Shown here: positions 51,401 through 63,243 of the stretch, one piece after another
How positions within the stretch are numbered: position 1 is the first letter of the stretch
Layout of the letters: every line of letters begins with the position of its first letter
From: Protoeuglena noctilucae
Taxonomy: Eukaryota
Direction of reading: 5' to 3'
DNA: 64,000 nt
NCBI GenBank assembly: GCA_958009085.1
Contig: OY253671.1
Span: 62,001 to 126,000, forward strand
Notes under the pieces: model-generated
The model's database searches: none
Seen by the model: the letters and a program-made list of their open reading frames with translations, nothing else
Told to the model about the DNA's origin: nothing
Translations under genes and position numbers: made by a program

Positions 51401-54400
51401 ACTGCGACAGGGTGGAGGCGCTGGTGTTGGAGACGCTCGAGGTGAGTGGGAGTGGTGATGGTTAACTCTACTTAGTACTACTTAGTGCTACTTAGGACTA
51501 CTAGTAAGGTGTAAAGGGCTGCGACAAGGTGGAGGCGCTGGTACTGGAGATGCTGGAGGTGAGAGTGGGGTGGTGGTAGTGGCGGTGATGGTGGAGGTGG
51601 TAGTGAGGGTGGTAGTGATGGTGGAGGTGGTAATTGAGGCACTGGTGTTGGAGACGCTCAAGGTGAGTGGTTGGTGGTGGGGTTAGTGTTGGTGGTGTTG
51701 GTGGAGTTCGGGGGCGTGCGATCGTGACTGGAGAGACGCACTAACCCCCCCCTTCCCCAATCCCCCCAGCGCCTCTCCCGCGACGGCTTCCCCTCTTCAT
51801 CGATCGAGGCTGCGATTAACACGATCGAGTTCTCACTGCGCGAGAACAACACGGGCCGCTTCCCCCGTGGTTTGTCGCTCATGCTGCGGGCGGTGGGGAC
51901 GTGGCTGTATGACAAAGACGCCTTTGAGGCTCTGGAGTGGCAGGGGCCACTGGAGGAATTCAAACGGAGGGTGAAGGAGGACCCGGGGGTGTTTGGGGGG
52001 TTGATCCGGAAGTATTTGCTGGAGAACAAACACCGGTGAGGGAGTTGACTTCGGGGGGGAGTAATAGGGGTGGTGTGTGGATGAGGGAGTGAGTGGATGA
52101 CTGACACCGGTGAGGGTTGGGTCACCCTCGCTGCCACCCCCACTGCTACCCCCATTCATCACCCCCCCCCCCCAGCGTCACCGTGAACCTGCTCCCCGAC
52201 TCTGAGCTGGGCCCTGCGATGGAGAAGCAAGAGAGGGACCGCATCGCCCGCGCCACTTCTGGCATGAATCAGTCTGACCGGGAGGCCCTGGTGCGTCAGA
52301 CCGAGGAGCTGAAGAGGAGGCAGGAGACGCCCGACGCGCCCGAGGCACTCAAGGTGAGAGGGGTGGGTGGTGGTGTGTGGTGAGAGAGAAGGGTGGGTGG
52401 TGGTGAGAGAGAAGGGATGGTGATGGGGTGGTGGTGGTAGTAATGATGAAAGAGAGTAGCCGGTGCTATCAGTGAGGTCCATGCGACCAGCAACCAACAA
52501 CCTCACCCACTCCCCCACCATCTAACCCCCTCACCCCCCACCCCTCACCCCATCACTCACCACTCACCCCACCCCATCCCCCTTCCCCCCCCCCGCAGTG
52601 CGTCCCCTCCCTCCAGCTCTCCGACATCCCCACGCGCGCCGCCACGATCCCCACGTCTACCTCAAACGAGCAGTCCGCGACTGTGCTGCGGCACGATCTC
52701 TTCACCAACAGCGTGCTATACGCGGAGCTTGCTCTCGACATGACGGGGGTCCCCATGCACCTCATCCCCCTCATCCCCCTCTTCTGCCGCTGCCTCACGC
52801 AAATGGGGACAGCGCAGGAATCGTTTGTGGAGCTGACCGCGCGCATCGGGCGCAAGACGGGCGGTGTCAGTGTGTCGCCTTTTGTGTCGGAAGTGAGGGG
52901 GAGGGCGGACCCGGCGGCTTTCGTGGTGGTCAGGTGGAAGGCGATGGGGGACAAGGCGGGGGAGCTCACGGGTGAGGGGGTGGGTGGTGATGGGTGGGGT
53001 GGTGGGGTGCATGTGAGGGGGAAGGCGATGGGTGACAAGGCGGGCGAACTGACGGGTGAGGGGTGGGCGGGGGTTTAGGTGGATGGTGGGTTAGAGCCAC
53101 ACAGACCGCCTCATCGCCTATCCCTTCCCCCGCGACCAGCCAACCGCATCTGCCCTCGTCTCTTCACCCACATCCACCCCACCTTTGCCCTCTTCCACCC
53201 CACCCCCCTCGCTCCGTATCTACTATTGCCCCTCCCCACCCCCCGCACCCGCAGACCTAATGCGCGACATCCTGCTCACCGCTCGCCTGGACGACCGCAG
53301 CCGTTTTCGGCAGATGGTGTTAGAGACCAAGGCGGGGCTGGAGGCGGCCGCGGTGGGGTCAGGGCACTCGGTGGCGGCTACGAGGCTCGACGCGCAGGTG
53401 AGGGGGAGCGGGAGATGTGATGCGTGATGAGAGATGAGAGCAAGAGAGTACTGAGGTGTATGGTTTGGCTGGGAAGGTGCGGTGGGTAGATAAGAGATGC
53501 TGGCGATGCATGGTCTGGTCTGCAGCAAGGGTTGTCACTAAGTACCGATGAGATGAGGTCTTAGGCTAAGATGTGGGTGCTGGTCTATCGAAGAGAGTTT
53601 GCTCGACAGCCCACTGCAACAGCCAAGCCATCCACGCCCGTCGTCATCCCATCGACCGGCCACCATCACGCATCATGCCCCGCACCCCCCCCTCACTCCC
53701 GCAGCGCTCGATCGCCGGCTGGGTGGGCGAGCAGTTCTCTGGCGTCACGTACCTCGACTTCATCCGCGAGTTGGCGCGGAGGGTGGAGAGCGACTGGGAC
53801 GCGGTTCGGGGCGATCTCGAGTCCATCCGCAGCGCACTCCTGCAGCGGCGGGGGGCGCTTGTGAATCTCACTGCCGACGCGGCGACGCTCGAGAGCAGCG
53901 CGGCGCACGTCAGCGGGCTGCTGGCGGCGCTGCCGGAGCAAGTGGCGGGGGCGGCGGGGCCGGCGTGGGCGCCGGTGTTGGTCGGGCGCAACGAGGCGCT
54001 GACGGTGCCGACTCAGGTCAACTATGTCGGCAAGGCGGTGAATCTGTACGAGGATGCGGGGTACAAGGCGAGGCGGGCTGGATGCAAGGCTTGGTGCATG
54101 CACGGTGGGGCAGGTGGATGACAGCGATAACAGCGCGTCGTGACGCTCTGCGGTTGGTCCTGGGCTCGGGCCCAGGATGAGCCCCAGAGCGGCTTGGACG
54201 CGCTGGTATCGCGGGTCGAGTTGCGGCATGCAATGAGCGAGCGGTGGTCAGGTTGGGATGGCGCAGCCGTTGCGAGCGTATGTAGACGCGCACTGTATTG
54301 CTCTCGCTGAGTTGAGCTGACAAGTTTGTCCCATTCCCCGCAGCTGTCCGGCGCGGCGTACGTCATCTCCAAGCACGTGGGCAACAGCTACCTGTGGGAC

Positions 54401-55265
54401 CGGGTGCGCGTGGTCGGCGGCGCGTACGGCGGATTTTGCGACTTCAACAGCCACTCGGGCATGTTCACCTTCCTCAGCTACCGCGACCCCAACCTCGCCG
54501 CCACGCTCGACGTCTACGACGGCGCCGGCGACTGGCTCCGGAAGCTCGAGGTGAGGCGCAAGAGCGGATGGGAGCTTGCGGGGGAGGTTGTGCGTCGACA
54601 TCCTTCGCGAGGGAGGGCGCAATAGCATGGCTCGCGAGGTTCATTACACACTGTATGCTGGACGGATGCTGCGGGCCTTTTCCATTCGCCGTTCGCGGGA
54701 AGTTGCTCGATCAAGACCGGTCGCTTCGGTTTTTCACCGTCCCCGCCTCAGCGACTCTTCCTGTTTTCCGTCCTGCTTTTCCTGATCATCTACCTGCGCG
54801 CGTCCCTTGCAACGGCGCCCTCGCCCTCCCCATTCCAGCTCGACCAGGACTCGCTCACCAAGATCATCATCGGGACCATCGGAGACGTCGACGCCTACCA
54901 GCTGCCGGACGCCAAGGGGCACACGGCCATGGTGCGGCACATGCTAGGCGTCACGGACGAGGAGAGGCAGGAAAGGCGGGAGCAGGTGAGGCGCACGGTG
55001 GCGCGCGACATCTGGAACAAGTGTGCTGCGCTTCTCGGCGCCCGCCGGGCCCTCGCGGCGCTCGCTGCCGCTTTTATATGCGTATCGTGACCTGTTCGCG
55101 CAGATCCTCGCCACTTCGCTGAAGGACTTCCGCCAGTTCGCCGATTATCTGGACGCCACCCGCGGGGACCGCGCCAAGGTCGTGGCCGTCTGCTCGCCGG
55201 ACGCCGCGGAAAAGGCTGCCAAGAAGAAGCCGGGGCTGTTTGACGAGGTCCGGCGGGTGCTGTGA
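48453..55265 (+). CDS. PREP: Presequence protease (pitrilysin family M16C), about 18 exons
   Basis: HILEHSVLCGSRKYP (inverted HxxEH), LNAFTYPDRTCYPVAS, GVVFNEMKGVYS, DSGGDP, YHPSNARFWFYG, LWDRVRVVGGAYGG, SYRDPN; stop at 55265. Confidence 0.97.
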
Positions 55266-55436
55266 TGCCGGGGATTTAAGAATTTCATCTTGGCATTGAT
55301 GAAGCGCCTTGCAAGCCAGACAGTGATTAAAGGCGGGGCCCTAATGCTGCAGCGGACGACGGCGGACTGCCTTCAACGACGTCTGGCTGCGTTGTGTTGA
55401 GCGATCTAGCCTCGCACACATCCTCATGTGCTCCCC

Positions 55437-58400
55437 TCAGACTCGCCGCTGCTCCTCCAAACATCTCTGCATGCAATCTATGATCTTCTCTCCATTGACC
55501 ACGGCGAGAGCGAACCTCAGGGCCATGTCCTTGCCCAACTCCTGCTCCATGCGCTGGAAGAGCTTCTTGGGCAGGTCGGGCACCATCGCGGCCTCATCCG
55601 GTGCTGCAGCTTCATTGCCAGGACCTGCACCAGGCCTAGCTCCCGTATCGTGAGGGCTTGCGGCTTCCTCCGCGGCCACCACCCTCCCGCCACCCACGTT
55701 GCCGCGCGAGGCCCGGGGCCGGCGGGCCGGCGCAGCCACAGCTTCCATGGCCCCCGCATCCCCACCGTCCGCCGCTGGAGCCTCCACCACTGCTGTGTCG
55801 CCACCGGCCGCGCCGCCACGCGAGGCCCGGGACCGGCGGGCCGGCGCAGCCACGCCCGTCCCGCCGCCATCATCCCCACCGTTCGCCGCTTCCGCCACTG
55901 TTGCCACCCTCTCGCCGTCCCCTCCGCCGCGGGAGACCCGAGACCGACCGGGCGGCGCCGCATCGCCCCCCTCGGCCCCCTCGTCCCCGCCATCCCCACC
56001 GTCTACTGCTCCTTCCGCTGCCACCGATGCCCCGCCGCCACGCGAAGCCCGGGAACGCCGGGCCGCCGCAGCCACAGCTTCCCCGCCACCCGCGTTTCCA
56101 ACATCTGCCGCCGCCCTCCCTGCTGCGTGCGTACCCTGCCCCGACTGGCGCTTGGGTGCAGTCTCGCATCGCCGTTTTGCCGCCGTCTGCTGTCCCGCAG
56201 CCGCCCTATCAGGGGTCTCATCGTCGCTGGTGCTGCCCCGGCGCCTCTTGGCCCGCTGCGTCGTCGAAGGACCGCCCTCAGCCTCCTCCTCTTGTCCACT
56301 CTGCCGCCCCATGCCAGCCAGAGTCTCCGCGGCAGCTTGATCAACGCGAAGACGAGGAAGTGCCCCCAGTTCCAAGAGGGGCGGCAGTGGCGGCAACAGT
56401 CCAGCTGCCGCCTCCGGCAGCCCTGCAAGAGGGGCAGCGCCGCGCCGCAGCTCATCTGCCGCTGAACCAGCGCCGCCGCACCAGCACTGCCGACGGCTCG
56501 CCTCGCACGCATCGGCCCCGTCCCACCGCTGACATCCGCACTCGCCTGGAAGTCCCGGTGCGGCGCCTGGGGAAGCCCCATTGGCCACGCCGGATGGCCC
56601 TGCGCCCGCGCTGCCGCCGCCGTGTAGACATTCTTGCATACACTCGTCCAGCTCTGGGCTCGTGATGCCCGCCTCCTCGGCCTTCTGCAGCACGTATATC
56701 CTCCTGAACGCCTGCTTGGCCTTCAGCCGCTTGCCGAGCTTCACCGCGCACCACAGGCTGGGCATGGCGGGCATGCCCGAGATGGGGGGCGGCTTGGCCA
56801 TGACGAACTCGCTCACCAGCTGCCCCACCGCCGCCAGGGAGCGAACGAGCGTCTCGTGGTTTGGCCCTGAGTCGTCAAACATCGTCTTGTCCTTGGCAAA
56901 CGACACCGGGACGACGGCGCTGCCCAGCACCAGCGATCCCACCAGGGCGTCCACCACCGTCTTGGCCCAGCCGGTGTTGGTCTTGCCCATGGCCACGGCG
57001 AGCAAGAAGAGTCCCACGAGCAGGCACTCGATGTCGTCCTTCGTCGGCAGCCCGCCCTCCTCGCCGCACGCCACCTCCTCCCCGCTGGCGTCGATGAGCA
57101 CGGTCCTCCCGCCCCTGCGCTCTTCAATAACGCCCCAAAACGCGTGGATGTCCTTGGCAATGTCCCGCGCGGACCCCACGCACTTGGCATACACCAGCTC
57201 CCCCGTCCCTTCTAGGAACGCTTCCTTTGCGCCAGCCACCTTGCCCCGCACGGACCCCACGGCATGCCTGCTAGCCGTTTCCTGAGCACGTCCAGCCGCC
57301 TTGCACTGTGGGGGAGACGCGGCGAGCCTCATGCTGAGGCACGTGACTGCCAGCCTCTACGGCGCAGTCTCACGACATGCGAACACCACACGCGCACGCT
57401 CCCACCCCGCGCGCACACTTCCACCACACGACAGCGAGCCCCATGCCGAGACGTCCGTGCGCAGCGCCTAGCGCCCATCCCGGACAGCGTTCATCTGCTT
57501 TCCACCAGCCGCCTGCACGCACCATGGCAGAGGCCTTCCCGCCGACCTTGACGTCCGTATATCGGCAGACCCTCCGGGCCCGGAAGAAGAGGTCGGTGCC
57601 GAGCTTGTCCTCCGCACCCGCCTCCGCCGCCGTGGCGAACCTGGCACCCTGGCCGTCGATGCGCGCCCCCGGGTCCCTGCCCTTGGCCTTGGCCTTGCCT
57701 TTGCCCTTAACCCTGCCCCCGCCGGCATTGCGCGGCGGCTCCACGCTCACGAAGGGGTAGGCGAAGTATGCCACCACGTCCTTGTGCTCGCCCTGCCCGG
57801 TCGTGATGGTCTTCTTGAAGGGGCACGTGAGCTCCTCCTTGCTCAGGATGGTGGAGAGATAGTTGGGCTCGACCTCCCGTCCCGCCACGGTGATCTTGCA
57901 CACTGGCGCCACGGCGCCACGGTCGTCCTGGCCAAAGCGGCGGTACATGAGGCTCGTACGAAGGCGGAGCTCCTCCCAGCGGTCCTGGCCCCATGCCACG
58001 CCGGCCCGTCCCGACAGCATCGGGGGGTCGAAGCACAGGATGGCCGTCCCGTGCTGGCCCTGCAGAAGGGTCCCGAACACCCACTCATCCCAGCCCTCCG
58101 CCAGCCGGACCATCCTGCCCCCGCCCCGGAGGGCGTCCGCGTCCGGGCCAGGCACGTCCAGGTTGTGCACGATGGCCCTCGCGCAGTCCCACGCCGCCGG
58201 GTCCGTCTCCATCCCGAACTCCTGCACGCGCTTCCCTAGGCGCGCCACCAGGCAATGCCCCGGGGCATCCCTGCTGCGGGTGGCAATCATCGCGTCCTCA
58301 CAGAGCAGCAGAAGGGCCAGGATCATGCCCTCCCCGAACATGCTGATCCCGCTCTCGCCGTCGTAGTCGAACCCGTCCGAGTGGCCGATCTTGATGGCCT

Positions 58401-59249
58401 CGTCGAACTCGTCCTTGGTCATGCCCACGCCGTTGTCACTGCGGCATGGGCCAGGCGAAGGCGGTGGGCCCCCACGCGGCTGCCACACGGATCTTGCGCC
58501 GCGCCCGCGCCGCGCCCCCGGCGCCCCGCCGAGGGTCGGCTCCAGCCCTGGTAGGCCTAATGCGGCGCGCCGCGCCCTCACATGACGGCCAGGATCGCGG
58601 GCGCCACGCCTCCATCCGGCGCCTTGAAGTAGTCGCCGGAGCGGGGCTCCAGCGAGTCGATCGGCCCCACGCGGATGTTCCTCGCGTTCCACTTGTTCTT
58701 GACCTGCGCGTGCAGCGTGGGCCCCGACGGCCGTCACGACCCCCGTGCGCGAGGCCCTGCCGCAGCCCGGCCCGCGCCCGCCCGGGCCACCCACCATCAC
58801 CGCGTTGTCGATCAGCTCCCGGATAGCCTGGTCGGGCGTCTTCAAGATGGCCTTGGCCGTGCTGAGCATGCTGGTGAATGTGACGGGGATGGGCGTGCCC
58901 CGTGGCCCCCTGCGACCGCATGGGAGCCCAGGAAGAGCTCAGTCCACGCACATCGTCAGCCGTAGACGCACACTCGGTCTGCGGGACAGGCAGGCGGCCC
59001 GCACGCCGCTTGCCCCTGCTGGGGGGGGGGTGATCCCGGGCCCTCTCACCCCTGCGGCTGCGTGGGGGCGTCCCGCGAGGCTGCTCCGGCGTGCTGGGTG
59101 CCGCTGTTACTCTGCCCGTGTCCGCTCGCTGCCCCCGCATCCGTGGCCTCGACGGGCGGAGCACCCCTGGGGGCCTCAGCGGGCTGCCCGCGCGCCCGCG
59201 GTCGCGATGCCATCGGTCTGCGTGGGATGAGGGGCCGGCTGCTTTGCAT
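55437..59249 (-). CDS. Divergent MORC-like GHKL ATPase with long disordered repetitive C-terminus
   Basis: AIRELIDNA, IDNGVGM, GISMFGEG, IATRS GHKL boxes across exons. Joining to the 55437-57283 ORF is inferred from splice sites. Confidence 0.7.
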
Positions 59250-60794
59250 TTTGTCAAACGAGAAAAAGAGATGCCGCGCCGGCCTCTCCGGGCGCCCCGC
59301 CGACCCGGCGCCCTGGGGCCCACTGCGCTCCAGCCGCAGGGGGCTGCCGCAACACGCGCGCCCAGCCCCAAAGCGCACCTCGCTTTTTCTCACCGAGTGA
59401 AATAAAACGCTCCGCGTCTGGGAGCCGTTTCCGAAGGCGGACCTCGGCCGCTGCTCGCTTCCGCCCGCTCGCCCGTGGCGCGGCGCCTCCGCCAGCCGCC
59501 AGCCTCCAGCCACTGCGAGTAGTTGCTCGAGAGCGCAAGAAAATCGCGCACGCGGGAAGCGTCGACGCGCGCTTCCCGCTTGCAGAGAGACTGCCCACCC
59601 CCCTCGCCCGGCGCAGACGAAAGCCGAGGGCGGCGACGACACGTACTCGATACGTCCCCTAGGTGGTTGAGATCTGCACGCGCCGATGCGCGCACGGCCC
59701 CCGGAGGACGCCGGTGCGCCTGAGGCTGGCATGATGCTTGCCAGTGGCTCAATGCGCCTCGCCGCGCGCCGTGCGGTGCGCACGCTGGCGTCTGCGCGCG
59801 CTTCGACGACCGAACGCCACGTGCCAGGAAGGGGGAGGTGCGGCTGGCGCCGCCGAGGACGCACCTGCCCCCATCCGTCAGCTCTGCTTGGGAGGGCGCA
59901 CTTGCAGCAGCGACCCGCGCGCGTGGTGGGCGGTCGCACGCCAGCCCTTCATTCTCTTCCGACAGACTTAAGCGATCGGCTCTTCCTTCGCCCGGGCCCT
60001 CCAGGTGCGGCGCGGCTGGCTGTGGGATGCAGCAGGTGGCCCGGCCGGAGGGAAGGGCCTTTTCCGCAGCCCAGCCCTCGAGATACAAACGACCGGCGCG
60101 TTCCCGGCCCTGCAAAGCCCTGGGGCACGGGTGGACCGCATACGGCAGCAGTCCCCGGGAGGCCAAACGGCTGCGGGGCCCAGCTGTGCAGTGCAGCGGA
60201 GCGTGCCGGGGGCGGAGCCGCGGGCCAAGTGGCGCCTCCCGTGGTCCCGTGCGCGTCAAAGTGGCCTACCCTGGCGGACTGTGCGAGCCAAGCGGGCCCG
60301 GCGCAGGTGCCGGGGCGCGCACCCCCTTGAGACATGGGGAGGCTGCGAATGCACGGGCAGGCCTGAGCCAATCCAGCAGCGGGGACGAGGCGTGGCGCCC
60401 GGGACGCACCACTGCCTCCACAGGACGCCGACGCGTTCGGACTGCCGCTCAGGCCCTTTCTGCGAGAGGGGCCGGGCCCGGCCGGGCTGCTGCCCCGAGG
60501 GTCGAACACAGGACTCGGGAGCCAGGGTCGGGCCAGCGACATTCCTCCCACTCCGCCGCGAGTCTGCCTCGGACTCACGTCGCCTTAGCAGCCTGTTCGC
60601 AGGTGCGCTGCTGGGGTACACGGCAGACTTGCAAACTCGCCAGGCTTTCTTGCTGCGTATTCCATTCTCACGCTTTTAATGCGAACAACCTTTGCTTCCC
60701 TCTCGCCGCTCTGCGCTCTCGCCTGCTCTGCGATCTTACCTGCTTCAGGACTGGGGGGGACCCAAAACTCGGCGTTCCTCCTCCGCCGACAAAA

Positions 60795-63243
60795 ATGAGC
60801 TCCATGACCTTTCACGCCGGTGAGCAGCTGGCCCCCGGCACTTGCTTTCACGTCCGTGACGACGGTCCCGCCAAATTGTCTCAGTCCCGGCGCCTCTGAT
60901 ATAGCGAAGCTTGTTAATGACATCGTTGCTTGTTCGGTACGCTCCCCGTTTGTCGAGATCCACGCCCGCATAGAGCCTCACGGTTTGCGAGATCCCCCGC
61001 TTGCGGCGAGGGCTGCCTGGGGGCTCGCATGAGAGTTTGCGCCAGTTCCGTCAGTTCTTTTTCTGCTTCAGTGCTGGCGGGCGCCTGGGAGCGCTATACG
61101 CGCAGGCTTTTGCTTTGAGGGGGGGGGGGGGGGCTGGGGGCACAGGGCCGGGCCCTGCCCCCCGAGCGCTCGCTAGCTGGCCAACGCATATTAGTGGCCT
61201 ACAGGGCTGGGCCGGCCCATCTGCGATCGCGAACACGGGAATTCGCGGGGTCTTTTGTGTTGCATGGTCCTGCAGCGAATAAAGCAGGCGAGCGCGGGCT
61301 TTTCAGTTGTGTTTCCGGGCAGCACTGGGCTATAACAAGGTTTGTGAAACCTCCCCCAAAGCTGATTGGGGTGAGGAGCCGTGAATTGGGCCTAATGGCC
61401 CTTCTTGGAAATGCCACCGCTTCCCCCTCTCCGCCTCGCGTTCAGGACTTGTCATTAGACACGGCGCTTATGGAAATATTAATAACAATTTAAGAAATGG
61501 ATGGTCGGGCAGTAGTTGGGAATTTTGCGATTCTGTGAACGTCTTGTTCCCTCTCTAGTGGATGCATGATCCTAGGGGAGTGGCTGCCACTAACTCTCCT
61601 CTCGCCCTATCTCTCTGCAGGGTGCCTGAGGTTCCTCCTCTTGAGGGTTATGGCTCTCTGGTACTCCATCACTGACATCCCGGGCGATGTTTCCGACCAG
61701 GCCTCATACTACGCGGCCCACATCTGCACGGCCATCTTCCCGGAGGTGAACAACAGATATGCCAAAAGCCATGTGCTTGACAGCTTCTTGGTCGTAGCTG
61801 CAGCTCGCATGCAAGGCCATGTGTAATTGTGACTCAAGGTCCCACCTGTTCCTTGAAGCCCTTGTCCCGTCGTTACTCGAGTGCTGTGGTTTTACTGCGA
61901 TGATGTGATCTGTTTTGCTAAAATATTCCGAACTCACAAAATTTTATTGTTGTTAAGCTAGGGATGAGTGCACTGTACTATTCTGTTCCTCATTCTTGCC
62001 CCTGCAGGAGAAAGAGAAGAAGGACGACGGGAAGGGCAGGAAAGCAGAGAAGGAGGGGCAAGGGAAGGAGGGAAGGAAGAGCTATGGGAACGGGTTGGTG
62101 AGCGGCATATTGCGCGAAATCGCGTGCCTCCTCAACTCGACGTTCCGCTCCCTCAAGACTGTGGTGTCAGCGGCCGAGGACGGCAACAGCGGAGTGGGCC
62201 TCGAGAGTGGGTTCGCTACTGATGGAGACGTCATCGCATTCTTCAACAAGATGGGCCTGCCGGACCTTCGCAATAAGGTCCTTGAGACGCTCCTGGGGAG
62301 GAAGCTGACGATGCGTGAGAAAGCCCCCAACACCAAGCACAAGCTCCTCTTGAAGGGAGAAGGGCTGCTGGGGGCCAAGAAGGGTGACCTCCGCAACAGG
62401 GTCTTCTCGGTGAGGGTGCATTTGATCATGCACATCCGCCGGTGGGTGGAGGACAACCCGGAGGCAGCCAAGAAGCACATCAAGGAACTCCGTGACCGTT
62501 TGCGTGAGAGGGCTCTCAACAGCAGGGGCTGCGCGGGCAAGCGCAGGTCCAAGCGCAAGTCTGGGACGCCCCGGGCGCAGCGGGGGTGAGTCCGGATTTC
62601 CCATGAATCCATGGGGAGGGCAGCCGTTCCCATTGCGCAGCGCTGCAATCTCAAAACTAGCATTGCGTTTGATGATCATGATCACCTTCTTCTTTCGACT
62701 GCCGGCCGCAGGGGGACTGGCAGCGGGCCCGAGGCCACCAACACGCTCGCTGCCAAGGGCGGCGTCGAGAAGCGCAAGGCGGCGATTATCGCTTGCAAGG
62801 CAGCCACTCCCCGCAAGGCAGCCAACCTCCGCAAGGCAGCCACCGCCCTCGGCCCAGCCACGGCATCCCGCATGCGCACCCAATCTGTGGCGGCGAGGGA
62901 AGCCGCGAGCGTCCCGGAGGCAGACATCGGGTCGGACCCTGACCAGCCGCTGCCGCCGACGCCGATGACGCTGGACATGGGCAAGGCGTCGAGGGGGACA
63001 ATGGAGGTCGACAGCAAGTTCAGCAGCGGCCTCTCTGAGCCCACCAGCGACGGCGGCGATTCGTTGCCGGCCAGCATCGGTGACCTTTTGGGGCCGGCCA
63101 AGGGTGGCGACCCCTGGGAGCCAGCTTGCAGTGGTGATGTGCTCAGCGAGCTCCTGGGTAGTGAATGGAAGCCCATCCGGGACATCCAGGATATCGAGAG
63201 CTCCTGCCTGCAGCCCGCTGTGTCCGTGTGGGCCGAGCACTAG
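60795..63243 (+). CDS. Orphan hypothetical protein (basic helical core, Ser/Pro/acidic tail)
   Basis: GC3-rich exons at about 61621-61820, 62008-62585 and 62712-63243 with plausible splice sites; first exon tentative; no recognisable family. Confidence 0.5.
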
